From positions 12,152,001 through 12,216,000 of the forward strand of contig NC_043015.1 in NCBI RefSeq assembly GCF_006345805.1: DNA of 64,000 bases. The letters are read 5' to 3'. Under the pieces are notes generated by a model. It did no database searches. It was not told where the DNA came from and saw only the letters and a list, made by a program, of their open reading frames with translations. Shown piece by piece: positions 39,086 to 53,140 of the stretch (within the stretch, counting starts at the first letter, position 1; each line of letters starts with the position of its first letter). Both the position numbers and the translations under genes were made by a program. The DNA is from Octopus sinensis. Its lineage: Eukaryota.

Positions 39086-39498
39086 GTAAAGTTATATACT
39101 TACTTTTATAAAATCTGTCTATCAATTCAGGATTTATATCAGATATTTTCATCTGCTTTTGTAAAACCTGTTCACTGAGATGTTGTGCTATATGTACCAA
39201 AGACTGCCTACCATCATCAAGCGAGAGAATATTCACCAAAATTTGTTTGCCACATTTTGGTACTGCAATAATAGAGAAACAAATAAAATATAAGTAAAAA
39301 AATAAACAAATTACATTTGTGTATAAATTTCTAATTTTGTTGTCAAAACATTCTTCAAAACACACCAGATCTATTTCATTGATAAAAGCTCAAATCTCAC
39401 AACTTAAAAGTATAAACCAGTGGAATGGTAAAATAGTAAAATGAAAATCTGGATTTTGACATTAAATGCAATAAATAATTCAGACTCAATTCTCAAGG

Positions 39499-40216
39499 GT
39501 GTGTGTGTGTCTGTGTGTGTGTGCCTGTGTGTGTGCCTGTGTGTGCCTGTGTGTATGTGCGCCTGTGTTTGTGTGCCTGTGTGTATGTGCGCCTGTGTTT
39601 GTGTGCCTGTGTGTATGTGCGCCTGTGTGTGTGTATCTATGTCTGTGTGTGTGTGTGTGCCTGTGTGTGTGTGTGTGTGTGCCTGTGTGTATGTGTTTGT
39701 GTGCCTGTGTGTATGTGTGCCTGTGTGTACGTGCCTGTGTGTATGTGCGCCTGTGTGTGTGTATCTATGTCTGTGTGTGTGTGTGTGTGTGTGCCTGTGT
39801 GTGTGTGTGTGTGTGTATGTGTGTGTGTGTTTGTGTGCCTGTGTGTATGTGCGCCTGTGTTTGTGTGCCTGTGTGTATGTGCGCCTGTGTTTGTGTATCT
39901 ATGTCTGTGTGTGTGTGTGCACATGTGCATGTTCATATTTGTGTGTATGTGTGTGTGTGTGTGTTTTTATGTCTGTGTCTTGTATGTGTGCCTGTGTGTG
40001 TGTATCTATGTTTGTGCATGTGTGTGTGTGTGTGTGTGTGTGCACATGTGCATGTTCATGTTTGTGTGTGTGTGTGTGTTAGTATGTCTGTGTTTTGTAT
40101 GTGTGCCTGTGTGTGTGTGTGTTAGTATGTCTGTGTTTTGTATGTGTGCCTGTGTGTGTGTGTGTGTTTGTCTGTATGTCTGTGTCTTGTATGTGTGTCT
40201 ATGTGTGTGTGTGTAA
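39499..40216. repeat. Compound (TG)n repeat with GCCTGT punctuation
   Basis: Direct reading. Confidence 0.95.
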
Positions 40217-40469
40217 GACAGGCAGACAATATCAGTGAGTGAATGCAAGTGCATGTGTAAGTATTGCAACAAACCTTGGTGGAGATAAAATATCTTAAAA
40301 TAATAATAGGCAACAACTGGAAAAACAAGTGTCTATTGAGAAGCTTAATGGTGACATATAGAGAGCTTAAACAATACATACAAATGCGTGTGAATATATA
40401 CTCTTGTACGTATGTGGTGACCTCACATGCAAATAAAAGCACCTGTGACATTTTCACATAAGAGTATCC

Positions 40470-41085
40470 ATGCTTGTGCCATGTAAAAGCACTGGTGTGC
40501 TAGTGGTGTGTTAAAAGCACTCAGTACACTCTGTAAAATGGTTGGCACTAGGAAGGGCATCCAACCATAGCAGCCAAGCCGAAACAGACAAAACGGAGCC
40601 AGGGTGGCTCTCCAGCTGACCAGTTCCTATCAAACCATCCAAACCATTTAACGGACGTTAAATGATGACGATGACGATGATGATGACGACGACGACGATG
40701 ATGACGACATTGATGATGATGATGACGTTGATGACAACAATGATGATGATGATGACAATGATGATGACGACGTTGATGACGACGATGATGATAATGACGA
40801 CGACGATGATGACGACAACGATGATAATGACGACGACGATGATGACGACAACGATGATAATGACGACGACGATGATGACGACAACGATGATAATGACGAC
40901 GACGATGATGACTACGACGACGATGATGACGATGACGACGACGATGATGACAATGATGATGATGACGACGATGATGACAACGATGACGACGATGATGAAG
41001 ATGATGATAATGATGATGATGATGAAGATGATGATAATGATGATGATGATGATGATGATGATGATAATGATGATGATGATGATGA
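40470..41085 (+). repeat. RTE 3'UTR copy with a ~420 bp expanded (GAT/GAC)n tail
   Basis: GGAAGGGCATCCAACC..AACGGACGTTAAA, then the trinucleotide tract 40665-41085. Confidence 0.85.
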
Positions 41086-41109
41086 CTACAGTGACCTCTT
41101 CTTCTCAGA

Positions 41110-41340
41110 GCTGATTGACCCCATGCTACTTCCACCCATACCCACCTGACTCCCTTATGTCTCCTCTTTTCATCCATCACACACATTGTCTACCAAGACC
41201 AACCACTCACAGATCACACTCTGGCTACTTCTCCTGATCCTTTCTCCATAGAATGGTGACCCCACTCTGGAATTCCCTACCTGCCCACATTTTTTGTGCA
41301 GTCGTGCAAGAACATCAACCACATTGATCCCACTGGTCTT
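41110..41340 (+). mobile_element. CR1/L2-type LINE 3' fragment
   Basis: SFLHRMVTPLWNSLPAHIF resembles the FFxRxxxLWNSLP motif. Confidence 0.55.
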
Positions 41341-42471
41341 CACGGGTCTGCAAAGGCCATGGGGAAACAACCCCTTATTACAGACCAAACCAGTAAAAAG
41401 AAAGACAAAAGTAATTATTAGTTGTTTGAAATTAAATGAAGTTAGTGGTTTAGTAACAAGGAGATAAGAGCAACATAATGTTTATTGTAGTTTGGCCCTA
41501 AATTGGCTTAAGTTGGACAGAAGACATAACTAAAGGCAATCCAACCATGGCCCTCTTATTTTGTTTTGTTTTGTTTTTTTTTGTTTCTTTATCTTTGTTT
41601 TTCAGGACTATTCCATGTGTCCTTTGTTTTCAAGGTGGTAGAATGTGAAAGGCGAGAGATCTGGTAACTATTCCTAGCAGGTCAAGCAACTACATAGAAG
41701 ATATCTTTATACACATATATATATTTACATATATATGAGGGGTGGAACAGGTAGAATATCTTTATCTTTTATCTGTTTTAGTCATTTGACTGTAGTCACA
41801 CTGGGGCATCCCAGGATTTTTTTAAGCCTAGTATTTATTCTGTCTCTTTTACCAAACCACTAAGCTACGGGAACGTAAACACATCAACACTGTCAAGCAG
41901 TAGTGATCAGACAAACACACACACACATATATACATACAACAGGCTTCTTAGAGTTTCTATCTACCAAATACACTCACAAGCTTTGATCAGCCCAGGGAT
42001 ACAGCAGAAGACACTAACCCAGGGTACAACTTTTTCATAACTAGGTGAAGTTCATTAGATAAGCAGTAACAAACACAACACAGCTTAGCAAACCTAATCA
42101 TAAACTTCATTGAGGTGACTATGACCAGAAGACTAGCTAAGCTAGCAGTGTGTTTATTAATACTTATGTAACAAACTTCAGCTAGTTATGAAACAATTGT
42201 AGTTGATGTCCTACCTGTTCCACTCTTTATATTTTGGGGATATTTATTTGCATTCTTAGCAATGTTAGTTACTAAACCGTGAGTTGCATGGAAACAATCA
42301 GCTTATTAAAATTCCTTTTAACTTTGATATAGAAAGAAGTGTGTAACTTACAATGTTAATAAACATATTCTATTGTATACTGTTCACTTTTTGTTCAGTA
42401 TACCAGCTGCCTATAGTTTAAAGCTTACTAACTCCCTACAGCTGCATCCCTGGATCATACATACCTATTGA

Positions 42472-42528
<57 letters not shown>

Positions 42529-42626
42529 TTAAGCCAAACATGAAAGCACAAAAAAAAAACAACATTGCGAGGACGTGGAACAAATATAGTATTATTGGAC
42601 GCTCAGGAAGGAAGGGAAGAAGGAGG

Positions 42627-42661
42627 GTTTTACGTTTCGAGCAGAGCTCTTCGTCGGAAAC
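42627..42661 (-). ncRNA. Minimal hammerhead motif with variant core CCGACGA
   Basis: gttt-CCGACGA-a-GAGC tct GCTC-GAAA-C-GTA-aaac. Confidence 0.55.
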
Positions 42662-42749
42662 ATAGGAGAGGGAAAGATCCAGAGAAGGGAAGACAGAGGA
42701 AAAAAAAATCGTCAATGGTACACACGCGGTCACATTTTGAATATACATA

Positions 42750-42970
42750 ATATTTTTACTACCCACAAGGGGCTAAACACAGAGGGGAAAAAACAAGGAC
42801 AGACAGACGGATTAAGTCAATTATATCGACCCCAGTGCGTAACTGGTACTTAATTTATCGACCCCGAAAGGATGAAAGGCAAAGTCGACCTCGGAACTCA
42901 GAATGTAACAGCAGACGAAATAGGGCTACGCATTTTGCCCAGCGTGCTAACATTTCTGCCAGCTCGCCGC
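42750..42970 (-). mobile_element. SINE family A
   Basis: Head and body on the minus strand, CpGs intact. Confidence 0.85.
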
Positions 42971-44850
42971 CTTTATCTCTTATTATAAAAGGCAGATTTT
43001 ATCTGCCTCCCTTTGTCAGTTATAGAAATCTACAATATAGGATTTCTTCAATTACAATTTACCTAGCATTTTTAAGAGTAGAATGCATCGGGTCATGCCA
43101 GGTCCAGTTTTTAAAATTTAAACTCCAATTAAGCAAAATTTACAGAAAACTCACATTCTGGTGTGTATGTCAAATGCTTTTCTTAATGTGGTTTACACCA
43201 CACGCACACACACACGAACAAAGTGAAAGTAATTCACTGTGTGTGTGTTGAGAGGTAGACAATAGAATGCGATGGCGATGTAATATTTGTTTCTGTCTAT
43301 CACGCTGATAGATACATGAGTAAAATGTATGGCAAGCTAAGAGATAAGAGTGAGTGAAAATGTCCTTGGAAGAGAGTAAATAGCGACAGAGTGATTTGAG
43401 GAAGACTAAACTGAAAGTATTTCTATAAAATGGATCACTCATGCTATCAACATAATTTCTCCCACTTTCTCTTTGCAAGTGTACCTTAAACCACTACTCA
43501 AAAAATAAAAAAACACAGCAAACAGAAACAAATAAATACATAACGATTTACTCCTCACACAATTTCTTCAATTAGAGTGTACCTAAGATTTTTCAAAGTA
43601 CTCCATTCGGTCATGCCATAACAAATTTCTTTCAATTTCACCCCCAATTAAGACAAAATTCGAGAAAACTCAATATTTTAACATTTCACTCCGAAAGCAT
43701 TGATGTACATGTGTGCGTGCGTGAGTGTGTGTGTGTGTGTGTTTGGTGGGTTGTGCAACACAGAAAGTGTGGTGTGTAAGTGAAGTGCTTTTGTTAGTGT
43801 GTGTAAAGAGACAGAGAGAGTGAAAGACAGAAATAACTGAACTTTTTTTATTCACTTTTTGTAGTGAGTGACTGAGAGAGAAAAGAGAGAGAAAGGTTAT
43901 GTATGTATATATGTATGTATGGCTTCAGTGACACACACACACAAAAACACATACCTACGTACACCTAAAGCACGCACACACACACACACACACAAGCGGA
44001 GCGCGAACATCAAAATTTTGGTAGTATTAATTTGCGAGCGTACTTCTAAGCGCGCGTAATTGAAAGTTTTCACTATGATATCATCACGTGCGAAAAAATT
44101 TGAAGGGTTTTGAACAATTGAGATACAGATGTCACGCCTGTATTGAAACCATTGCTAAGCTGCCGTAATTGCTTAATTAAGACTTTGTTTAAATTGAAAG
44201 GGGCAAATATGTGACGAGGTTGAAAAAAAATACCCCAGAAAAAAAAATGTACTGCTGGTATTTATATAATTCACTACTATTTTGCTACAATGTCATGAAA
44301 AAGAAAAAATTTAGGTATGTACAACATATATTAGACATTTTTTCTATTCATTCAACGAAAATAAAAAAATTGAATTCGCCACCCCCTTTTCCCCGTTCGC
44401 GTTTGTGTAAAAAAAATTATTATTTAAGTTTTAAAAATTATTTACTTTGTTCAAAAAATATTAATATTAATTAATTTTCAAGAATTATTTAATTTTATTC
44501 TGTAAAATAGTAATTAATTCATTTATCTGTAAATCCGCGAGGTTGTTACTCAGGCACTTGGAAATAGCAGCCAGATTTTTATATTCTAAATAATTTGCAA
44601 TTTCAAAAAATATATTAATTTTGCGTTATTTAATTTGATAAATTCTACGGAATAATTTTGCGCGTTATATACGTTCGCGTTTCTGTAAAAAAAAGTAATT
44701 ATTTAAGGGCGATCGAGTATCGAGTACCTACGTCTGGCGCGAATTCGCGTGTGCGCAACCGGGACCACTCTGCGATACAAGTACCCATATATACATCCAT
44801 ACATACATGTGTGTGTGTGTCTATGTATGTGTATTAATGTGTGTGTGTTA

Positions 44851-45173
44851 TCTCTATATAAAGCTAAAGTTGTCTGTGTGCGCCACGTTTGGTAACCTTC
44901 AACTAACACTATCTCCTCCGAGACCCTGCGGCGCAAGTTGACCAAAATTGAGAGTATGATAGAAGGGTTAATACCATGTTAATACCAAAAATTATTTACA
45001 TCAAAAAGATGCTTTTTTCTATGAAAATCCCGATTTTTTACGATTTTTTCACTGCTGTATCGCCACTTTTCGGTGTATTTCGACCAGAAAAATGTTCACA
45101 AAATTTTTACTTTTCAAAATTACAATTCTAGCGGGTCGAAACAAACCCGAGCAAAGCCGGGCGATACTGCTAG
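44851..45173 (+). mobile_element. Non-autonomous Helitron
   Basis: A|TCTCTATATAAAGC start, subterminal hairpin CCCGAGCAAAGCCGGG, CTAG|T end; inserted between A and T with no TSD. Confidence 0.8.
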
Positions 45174-45329
45174 TATATATATATATCATCATTTAGCGTC
45201 CGTTTTCCATGCTAGCATGGGTTGGACGGTTCAACTGGGGTCTGGGGAGCCCGAAGGCTGCACCAGGCCAGTCAGATCTGGCAGTGTTTCTACAGCTGGA
45301 TGCCCTTCCTAACGCCAACCACTCCGAGA

Positions 45330-45361
<32 letters not shown>

Positions 45362-45834
45362 ATATGTAACTGACACTCTGTCAGTTATGACAACAAGGGT
45401 CCCAGTTGATCCAATCAATAGAACAGCAGGCTTGTGAAATTAACATGCAAGTGGCTGAGTTCATCGTTATTTTAAGATCTATTTTTCTATGCTTTCATAA
45501 GTGTTTTCTGCAGCTGTATGCTCTTCTTGTCACCAACACCCACTTGTCTCCAAGCAAGGTAATAATCTCCCAGCCACGTTTACTAGGAGAACAGGAAACA
45601 AATGACCACAGCATAAAAGATTTTTTTGCTTATAAAGATTTCGCAATATGTCATGACATGTCAAGCAACATGACATGCTTTCACAGTAGATGACAAGCCT
45701 ACACACCACTAGTTAACCACTGTTTGCAACCAGCAAACAAATGTGCAGACAAGGGAAATACAAACTCATTAACTCGCACACCCACACACATTTACATATA
45801 TATATATATATATGTGTGTACTTATGTATATATC

Positions 45835-45871
<37 letters not shown>

Positions 45872-45905
45872 TCAATTAACATGCATCTTCCATGCTGGCA
45901 TGGGT

Positions 45906-45940
<35 letters not shown>

Positions 45941-46461
45941 TGTCTATTTATGTATATATATCTATGTGTGTGCATATATATGTACTAGACTACCCATGAC
46001 CCACTGGGTGACCAGGGAAGTTTGAGCTTCCCAGCAATGGAGTTTTGTTTCATGGCTTTTTCTCCCCATGTTATTTTCATATGTACAAGAGACAAACAGA
46101 ATAAGTAGTCATCTTACAAAGAATAAGTCCTGGGTCAATTTGTTCGACTAAAGGTGGTGCTCCAGCGTGGCCACAGTCAAATGACTGAGACAAGTAAAAG
46201 AATAAAGGAATCAATGAAATACACACACATGCACACGCGCACACACACACACACTGAGCTGCCATTCAGTTTCTGTCGACCAGTCAACCAATTTCGCTCA
46301 GAAAGCATCAGTTAGCCTGAGACTACAAAAGAAGACATTTGCCCAAGATGCTGAACACTCAGATAGAACTATGGACCACATGGTACCAATGGAAACCCTC
46401 TATATACAAAGCCACGGCCGATATTGACATATATGTGTATAAATAAATATGTGTGCATATA

Positions 46462-46499
<38 letters not shown>

Positions 46500-48149
46500 T
46501 TAGTGTGCATGTGCATGCATGTATGCATGCACACATAATGACTTACATTCTGTTAAAGATGAACCAGGGTTGAGTAAGATTTCGTACATATTTGCTTCAG
46601 GACCAAATAATTCGTGTTTCTTTTTCAAGAGTTCATTTTGTAAAGTTATGCTGTTTCGTTTTAAATCACCTGGAATGAGATATAAAAAAAAAATTTTTTA
46701 ATGATTAGAAAATATAAAAATACTAACAAAAGCTAACAGCATTTTCTTAAATAGGAACAAGAGCAGAATGGATATAATCAATTCTGTGAAGAAAAAAATG
46801 CAAATTCATTCTTGATGGAATCTGAGTTCTAATGAGATGAGAAAATCTAGGGAGTCTATAAGATGAGTATAAGTCATGGGCTTGGATGGGTTCATATCTG
46901 TTACTTGATGTCTGCAAGACATACTTAGGTATCTTCTATTACAGTGTGTGTGTATGTGTGTGTGTGTGTGTGACCACTGCTTGACAACCACTGTCGGTTT
47001 GTTTGTGTCTGTAACTTAGCAGTTCAGCAAAAGAGACTGATAGAATAAGTAAAGGCATAAAAATAAAAATTGGGGTCAATTCATTTGACTAAAAACTCTT
47101 CAAGGCGGTACCCCAGCATGACCAGTCTGAAACAAGTAAAAAGCAAAAGTAGATAAACCAATTCCAACTCGTCGGGATTCCCAGTATGGGTGGAACTATT
47201 CATCCTTTCAATTGCTGGATACAAAACATGGCTCATAAGAACTTCTTTCAGGTGATTTTCCTGCATCACTATCTCACCTTTGTACACCTACCTGTTGCAA
47301 GATTACACATTTACAGCTGAGTGGACTGGAGTAACATGAAATGACGCGTTTTACTCAAAAACCCAATGCACAGATGGTGTGAGAATTGAAACCATGACCT
47401 CACAATCATGAGTGCAGCACTCTAACCACTAGGCCATATGACTTAAAATACTAGGTGAACGTCAATATAACCAATTATTCCCTTCAAAAATATCTGTGAC
47501 TTTGCACTTATATCATAAACCATTATTATCCTCATTGTACTAAAATGTGGGAAGTACAAGGTGGGATAGCAATATGTCTGTGGTACTGGCAGGTACCACA
47601 GATTTGTGTTTGGATCTAATTTTAAACAGGAACTTTTACCATAAAGATTCCAGCCTAAGTTGCTTACTCTTCAGGAGATACCCTTGAATAAAAAGTGAAG
47701 TTTACTGAAATTTATCACAGTTTTTATAGATTGTTATAAGTAAAGAGGTATTACCAACCCTGGATTGATAACCTGTCTGCAACAGATAATTTTTGACCTC
47801 TGAGAGGATTTGAGTGTAGTAAGTGGTTGAAATTAAAGTTACACAACAAATATAGTTCAATTAACTGGGTGCATGTTTGTATCCATGTGTGTGTGTGTAT
47901 TTGTGTGTGTGTGCGTGCATGCATGTGTGTTGAGAGAGAGTTGCTGTTCATAAAAATAGTTAACTCTCTCATTCCCTATTCTAAATAATTTTTGCTACAT
48001 GTAAAATATTACTAGTTCTAGACCCAAGCACAAAAAAAATTCCAACAGAGAAATGAAAATAACTATATGTCAAGAATACATCAGGTTTAGTTTCATCACA
48101 GAAGAACACCCTCAGGTAAGGAACCCTTTGAAAGAACATAAAAAGAAAC

Positions 48150-48365
48150 AGGCCGTTTGCCAGCCTCGTCTGGCACCTGTGCCGGTGGCACGTAAAAAGC
48201 ACCCACTACACTCATGGAGTGGTTGGTGTTAGGAAGGGCATCCAGCCGTAGAAACATTGCCAGATCAGACTGGGCCTGGTGCAGCCTTCTGGCTTCCCAG
48301 ACTCCAGTTGAACCGTCCAACCCATGCCAGCATGGAAAGCGGACGCTAAACGATGATGATGAGGA
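48150..48365 (+). mobile_element. RTE 3'UTR-derived short copy
   Basis: Matches 55300-55525, ends (GAT)n. Confidence 0.8.
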
Positions 48366-49296
48366 GGAGGAATTATTAAAATTAGGGTAAGTTGGGAAGA
48401 TATGATCATATTTTATTGGAGTATGGGATGTTAGGATGAGGGAGATGAGTAAATTAGTGAATTAAACCTACAATATGGTTTAATTAGGCTTCTGACTGAC
48501 GGATTGATTGACAGTCAGATAGACAGACACTATGTCCATTCACAGTGAGGGTATACAGATTTCTGGAAAATCTAAAAGGGACACGAGACAAAAATGATAG
48601 AGAAACATTACTATAAAAGGATTTGAGTAGATTTGTACAAATTATCTTTCTCCTTTCTTGGTTTTACTATTCATCCTTCCAAAGTTTCTACTGGAGGATG
48701 GTAGGGGTTCGTTCTCCTGCTTGCAATATATACAGGGTGCAAGCTGCACCTACAACCAGTTTGGCAGAAGATCTGTCGGGGCTTAAAACAGTAGTACCAT
48801 CAAACAGCTGTATTGATGTGGTGATTAACATTACTTGTCAGTATAGTTACTATTTTCATCTTTTGTTGAGATTTTCTAAACTTTCTCCTTTTTTTTTTTT
48901 CCTGAAATTTTTTAAGAATATTTCTTAAATATTAGTTTCAGAAGGATGTTCGAAATGGTAGAGTACCAGATTAATGCTTTGTAGAACTTAGCAACACCCC
49001 TAAACATTCACAATTCAAATCCAAAAATCCCAGCATGGTCATTATACCCCCAAAATATTTGGCTTTATATTTTTTCTTACAAACTTTTATTTAGTAGCTG
49101 TTTAGCTTCAAGACACTTCTAACTGAGCAGACCTTGCAATCAAAGGCATTCAACCATGACCATCCCATCTTATTTTCAAGACTAGTGTATCTAGGTCATT
49201 AACTATATCTTCCTATATACCCTATAGTACAATATCAGCTAGGAGATTTGACTGCCATGTCTAGCAGGTTGAGTGACCACAAAGAAGTTCCTATGT

Positions 49297-49500
49297 TTAA
49301 CCCTTTAGCTTTCAGACAACTGTCAAAAGTAATGCTTATCCATTTATATTTGTTTTGAATTGGTCATGCACTATCTACTAGTTCTAAGATTACAAAGTAA
49401 TTGTAGGGTAGGTGTAAGAGGTCAGACTGAGCCAGTTTGAACATAAGATGGGGCAGAATACTTGGGCTGGATATGGCCAGTTTAAATGCTAAAGGGTTTA
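49297..49500. mobile_element. piggyBac-type MITE
   Basis: TTAA|CCCTTTAGC ... AATGCTAAAGGG. Confidence 0.75.
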
Positions 49501-50507
49501 AAGCTATTGGTGTCTCTGCTTTTCAACTCTCTAAGATCAATAAAATAAATACAAATCAAGTACAGTGGAGTGGTTGACTTAATCAACTCCACACAACCCC
49601 TCTATGAAAGTCGGTGGCCTTAAGCCAAAGATAGAAATCAATACAGGTTTCAGAAGATTTAGATTTGTAGCAGTATTTGTATTTTGTCTAAATCAAAACA
49701 TGCAACTGTTGTTTTTTTCATGACAGCCTCAACCAAGCAACCTAATGGCAAGAGAAATGGGAAAATATATATTCACTAGAGGCATGGCTACAAGAGTAGG
49801 TGGCTGTGTGGGTAAGAGCCTTGCTTTCCAATCCATGTGGTCTCAGGTTCAGTCCCACTGTGTGGCACCTTGGACAAGTGTCTTCAACTATAGTCCCAAG
49901 TTAATCAAAGCCGTGTAGGTGGATTTTGTTGACAGAAACCAAGAGAGACACAGACAGACAGACAGAGTGTGTGTGTGTGTACGTTTGTTTTGGCATCCCG
50001 TGGTGGCTGTAAATGAGCATCACCATCAAACAAGCAATTTTGTTCCATTTCCAGTCTTCTATGGAAAATATATCTGGCCCTGGGAAATTACCCAGCTTGG
50101 AAATAATTGAGGGTGGCAACAGCAAGGGCATCCAACTGTAAAAAATCTCCCTCAACAAATTCTGTCTGATCCATGGAACAGGTGGACATTTGTTGCCAAA
50201 AGTTTTTTCATCAATATAAATTCCAATTCTAATCATTTCTTTTTATTTCAATTTAACAAGAAATTCTTAATTATTTGTTTACTTATTTATTTACTACATT
50301 TTGGCGTTAGGAAGGGCATCCAGCCGTAGAAACACTGCCAGATTTGACTGGGCCTGATGAAGCCTTCTGGCTTCACAGACCCCAGTAGAACCGTCCAACC
50401 CATGCTAGCATGGAAAACGGACGCTAAACGACGATGATGATTTTATTTTTTTTTGCAAATTAATGGTCATCTGTAACCATGAATCTCTTAGCTTTAAAAT
50501 AATAAAT

Positions 50508-50752
50508 GCACCCTTTTAAAGCCTAGCCAGGCTCATGGGCCCAGTTTCCTGGTTTCTATGGTGTATGTGTTCCCCAGCTGGATGGGATGCCAGTCCATCG
50601 CAGCGTTACTCATTTTTGCCAGCTGAGTGGATTGGAGCAACATGAAATGAAGTGTTTTGCTCAAGAACAAAACACATCGCCCGATCCAGGAATCGAAACC
50701 ACAATTTTACGATCATGATGCTGACACCCTAACCACTAAGTCACGTGCCTCC
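50508..50752 (-). mobile_element. SINE family C
   Basis: Reverse complement of 7086-7332. Confidence 0.85.
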
Positions 50753-51569
50753 ACATCTCTTAGTTTTAAATTCATAAAAATATTGCTACTATAAAGTTAT
50801 GGACATTTGATGCAATATTGAGAAGGACAGTTGGATAAAGAAATGACAAGCAAGGCCAAGAGGAAGAAAAGGTGCAGCAAGTGAGATGTCATACTGGAGA
50901 AGATTCCAAAAAACTGTAAAAAGCATGAACAAAGATGATGATGATGATGATGATAACAGTAACAAAGACGATGAAATGGGAGGAGGGTGATGATGACGGG
51001 GACAACAATAGCATTGTACACTTATTGACATTGCTGATGATCTCAGTTCATCAATTTTAAAATTTCAAACTGATTAAACTGTACAAAAATTTATAGACGA
51101 ATTCTCATTTTATTTCTTTTACCATTTAGTTGGCGAAGGGAAGGACAGCAACCATGATCTTTATTTTTCTTTTTTCAGGACTGGTGGGAGGAAGGGAGAA
51201 AGTTATCCTCAAACAGGAACCCTGAACCCCACTAAAAGCACCAAAGACTACATCCAAGAATTAAAACTGAGATCTCAAAGTCATGGAACAAATGTCACAA
51301 AATGTTGAATCAAATCTCCCATCCACCATCTGGACAAGATTCAGCCATTGGATAGTGGAAATGCTGCAGCAACAAGTTCAACAACAACAACTTCAACTTT
51401 AGTCAACAATATTGAACTAATCCTTATCCCAGTAGGCATTTTACATTTATCTAATTAAGCTCCATCCCATTCAGGAATTTCGCCTCCTTAGAAATTAATG
51501 TACTATTGTTCCTAGGCATACTCTGACCTGAAATAGTAGCACCTATCAGGTTCCCAGGTATAAATTAAT

Positions 51570-52060
51570 AACCAAGTCAGTTGGGTAGAAGGAGCTTGTT
51601 AGCCTGGTGGGACAACCCATCTAGAAGGAAAACTCTGATTCCAAACCTCCACTACCTTGTGACCAAACCCAACCATGGAAAAGGCTTCAGGAGTAAACCC
51701 TACAAAAAAAATCAGAAGTCAGAGTTCCTTAGATAGTTTGACATTGTCTACAACTTCGTTCTATATGATATTGATGCCAAATTGTAACAGCCATGCCATT
51801 CCTTTGAATCCTTTGAAAGGCAGGACACACTACATGAACAACACTCTCGCATCTATACAATGCTGCTTAGGCTTGGGTCCTATCGCACACCCTACATTAA
51901 ACGACTGATGAATGTTATAGAAGAAAGGTGGATCCACAGACAAGAACCCTACAATTCAAACAGCACTGGGACAGCCCACAAGTGTGACCCGTGTGACAGA
52001 TGCCATTCACGCATCAGACTGTCTAGTCATGGACAAAGCTGTTCCAGTGGAGCAGGACAT
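51570..52060 (+). mobile_element. Decayed RTE remnant
   Basis: CDPCDRCHSRIRLSSHGQSC resembles the BovB CxxCxRxCxSRIGLxSH motif. Confidence 0.5.
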
Positions 52061-52547
52061 TCATCCATGGTCATTGCCTGGCTCTCCATTGGTTACAAGT
52101 GTTCCAGTTGATTTGAAATTAACATGCAAGTGGCTGAGTGCTCCACAAACACACACACCCTTAATATAGTTCTGAGAGATTCAGTATGACACAATGTGAT
52201 ACTGATGGCCCTTTGAATCACAGATGCAAGTCACTTTTGCCAGCTTAGTGGATTGGAGGAATAAGAAATAAAGTGTCTTGCTCAAGCACACAATGCACCG
52301 CTGAGAATTGAAACCATGACCCTAACCACTAAGCCACATGCAATCATCATGGTCGTTAATGATAGATGGAAGCCATAAGTTACAATCTACCAAATTTTAA
52401 CTCATAAAATACTGGTCAACCCAAAGCTACAGCAGAAGGTATTTGCCCAAAGTCCCATTCAGTGAAACTGAACTGACAACCATAGGGTTATCAAGGAAAC
52501 TTCTCAGACATACAACCTCGCCTGGTCCCACAACAAAGATTTGATCA

Positions 52548-52842
52548 GGCGTGGCTGTATAGTAAGAAGCTTGCTTCCCAACCACATGGTTCTGGGTTCA
52601 GTCCCACTGCATGGCGCCTTGGGCAAGTGTCTTCTACTATAGCCTCAGGCTGACCAAAGACTTGTGAGTGGATTTGGTAGACGGAAACTGAAAGAACCCC
52701 TTCACTATATATATATGTGTGTGTATATATATATATATATATAATTATTATTTGAGGGAATAAAATCCAAACTTACAAGGAAATTTAATTTAATTTAATT
52801 ATTCATTTTGAATTGATAAAAGGTGGGTTTTTTCTAATATTT

Positions 52843-52893
<51 letters not shown>

Positions 52894-53140
52894 GGATTAT
52901 ATTTATGTGTTTATGTGTATATGTCTTTGTTTGTACCCCCACCATCACTTGACAACCAACACTGGTGCGTTTATGTCCCCCGTAGCTTAGCGGTTCAGCA
53001 AGGGAGACTGACAGAATAAGTATTGGGCTTACAGAGAATAACTCCTGGGGTTGATTCCATTAACTAAAAAATACCCTTTAAAGCAGTACTCTAGCATGGC
53101 CGCAGACAAATGCTGAAACAAGTAAAAGAATACGAGAATA
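52548..53140 (+). mobile_element. SINE family B with extra sequence in its core
   Basis: Head 52548-52705, tail 52925-53140. Confidence 0.8.

Noticed and set aside
39441-41186. Poly-CV, poly-H, poly-M and poly-S ORFs
   Set aside because: Dinucleotide and trinucleotide repeat artefacts
51179-51310. Strong plus-strand acceptor followed by DWWEEGRK... frame
   Set aside because: All frames stop within about 45 codons; no recognisable product or donor
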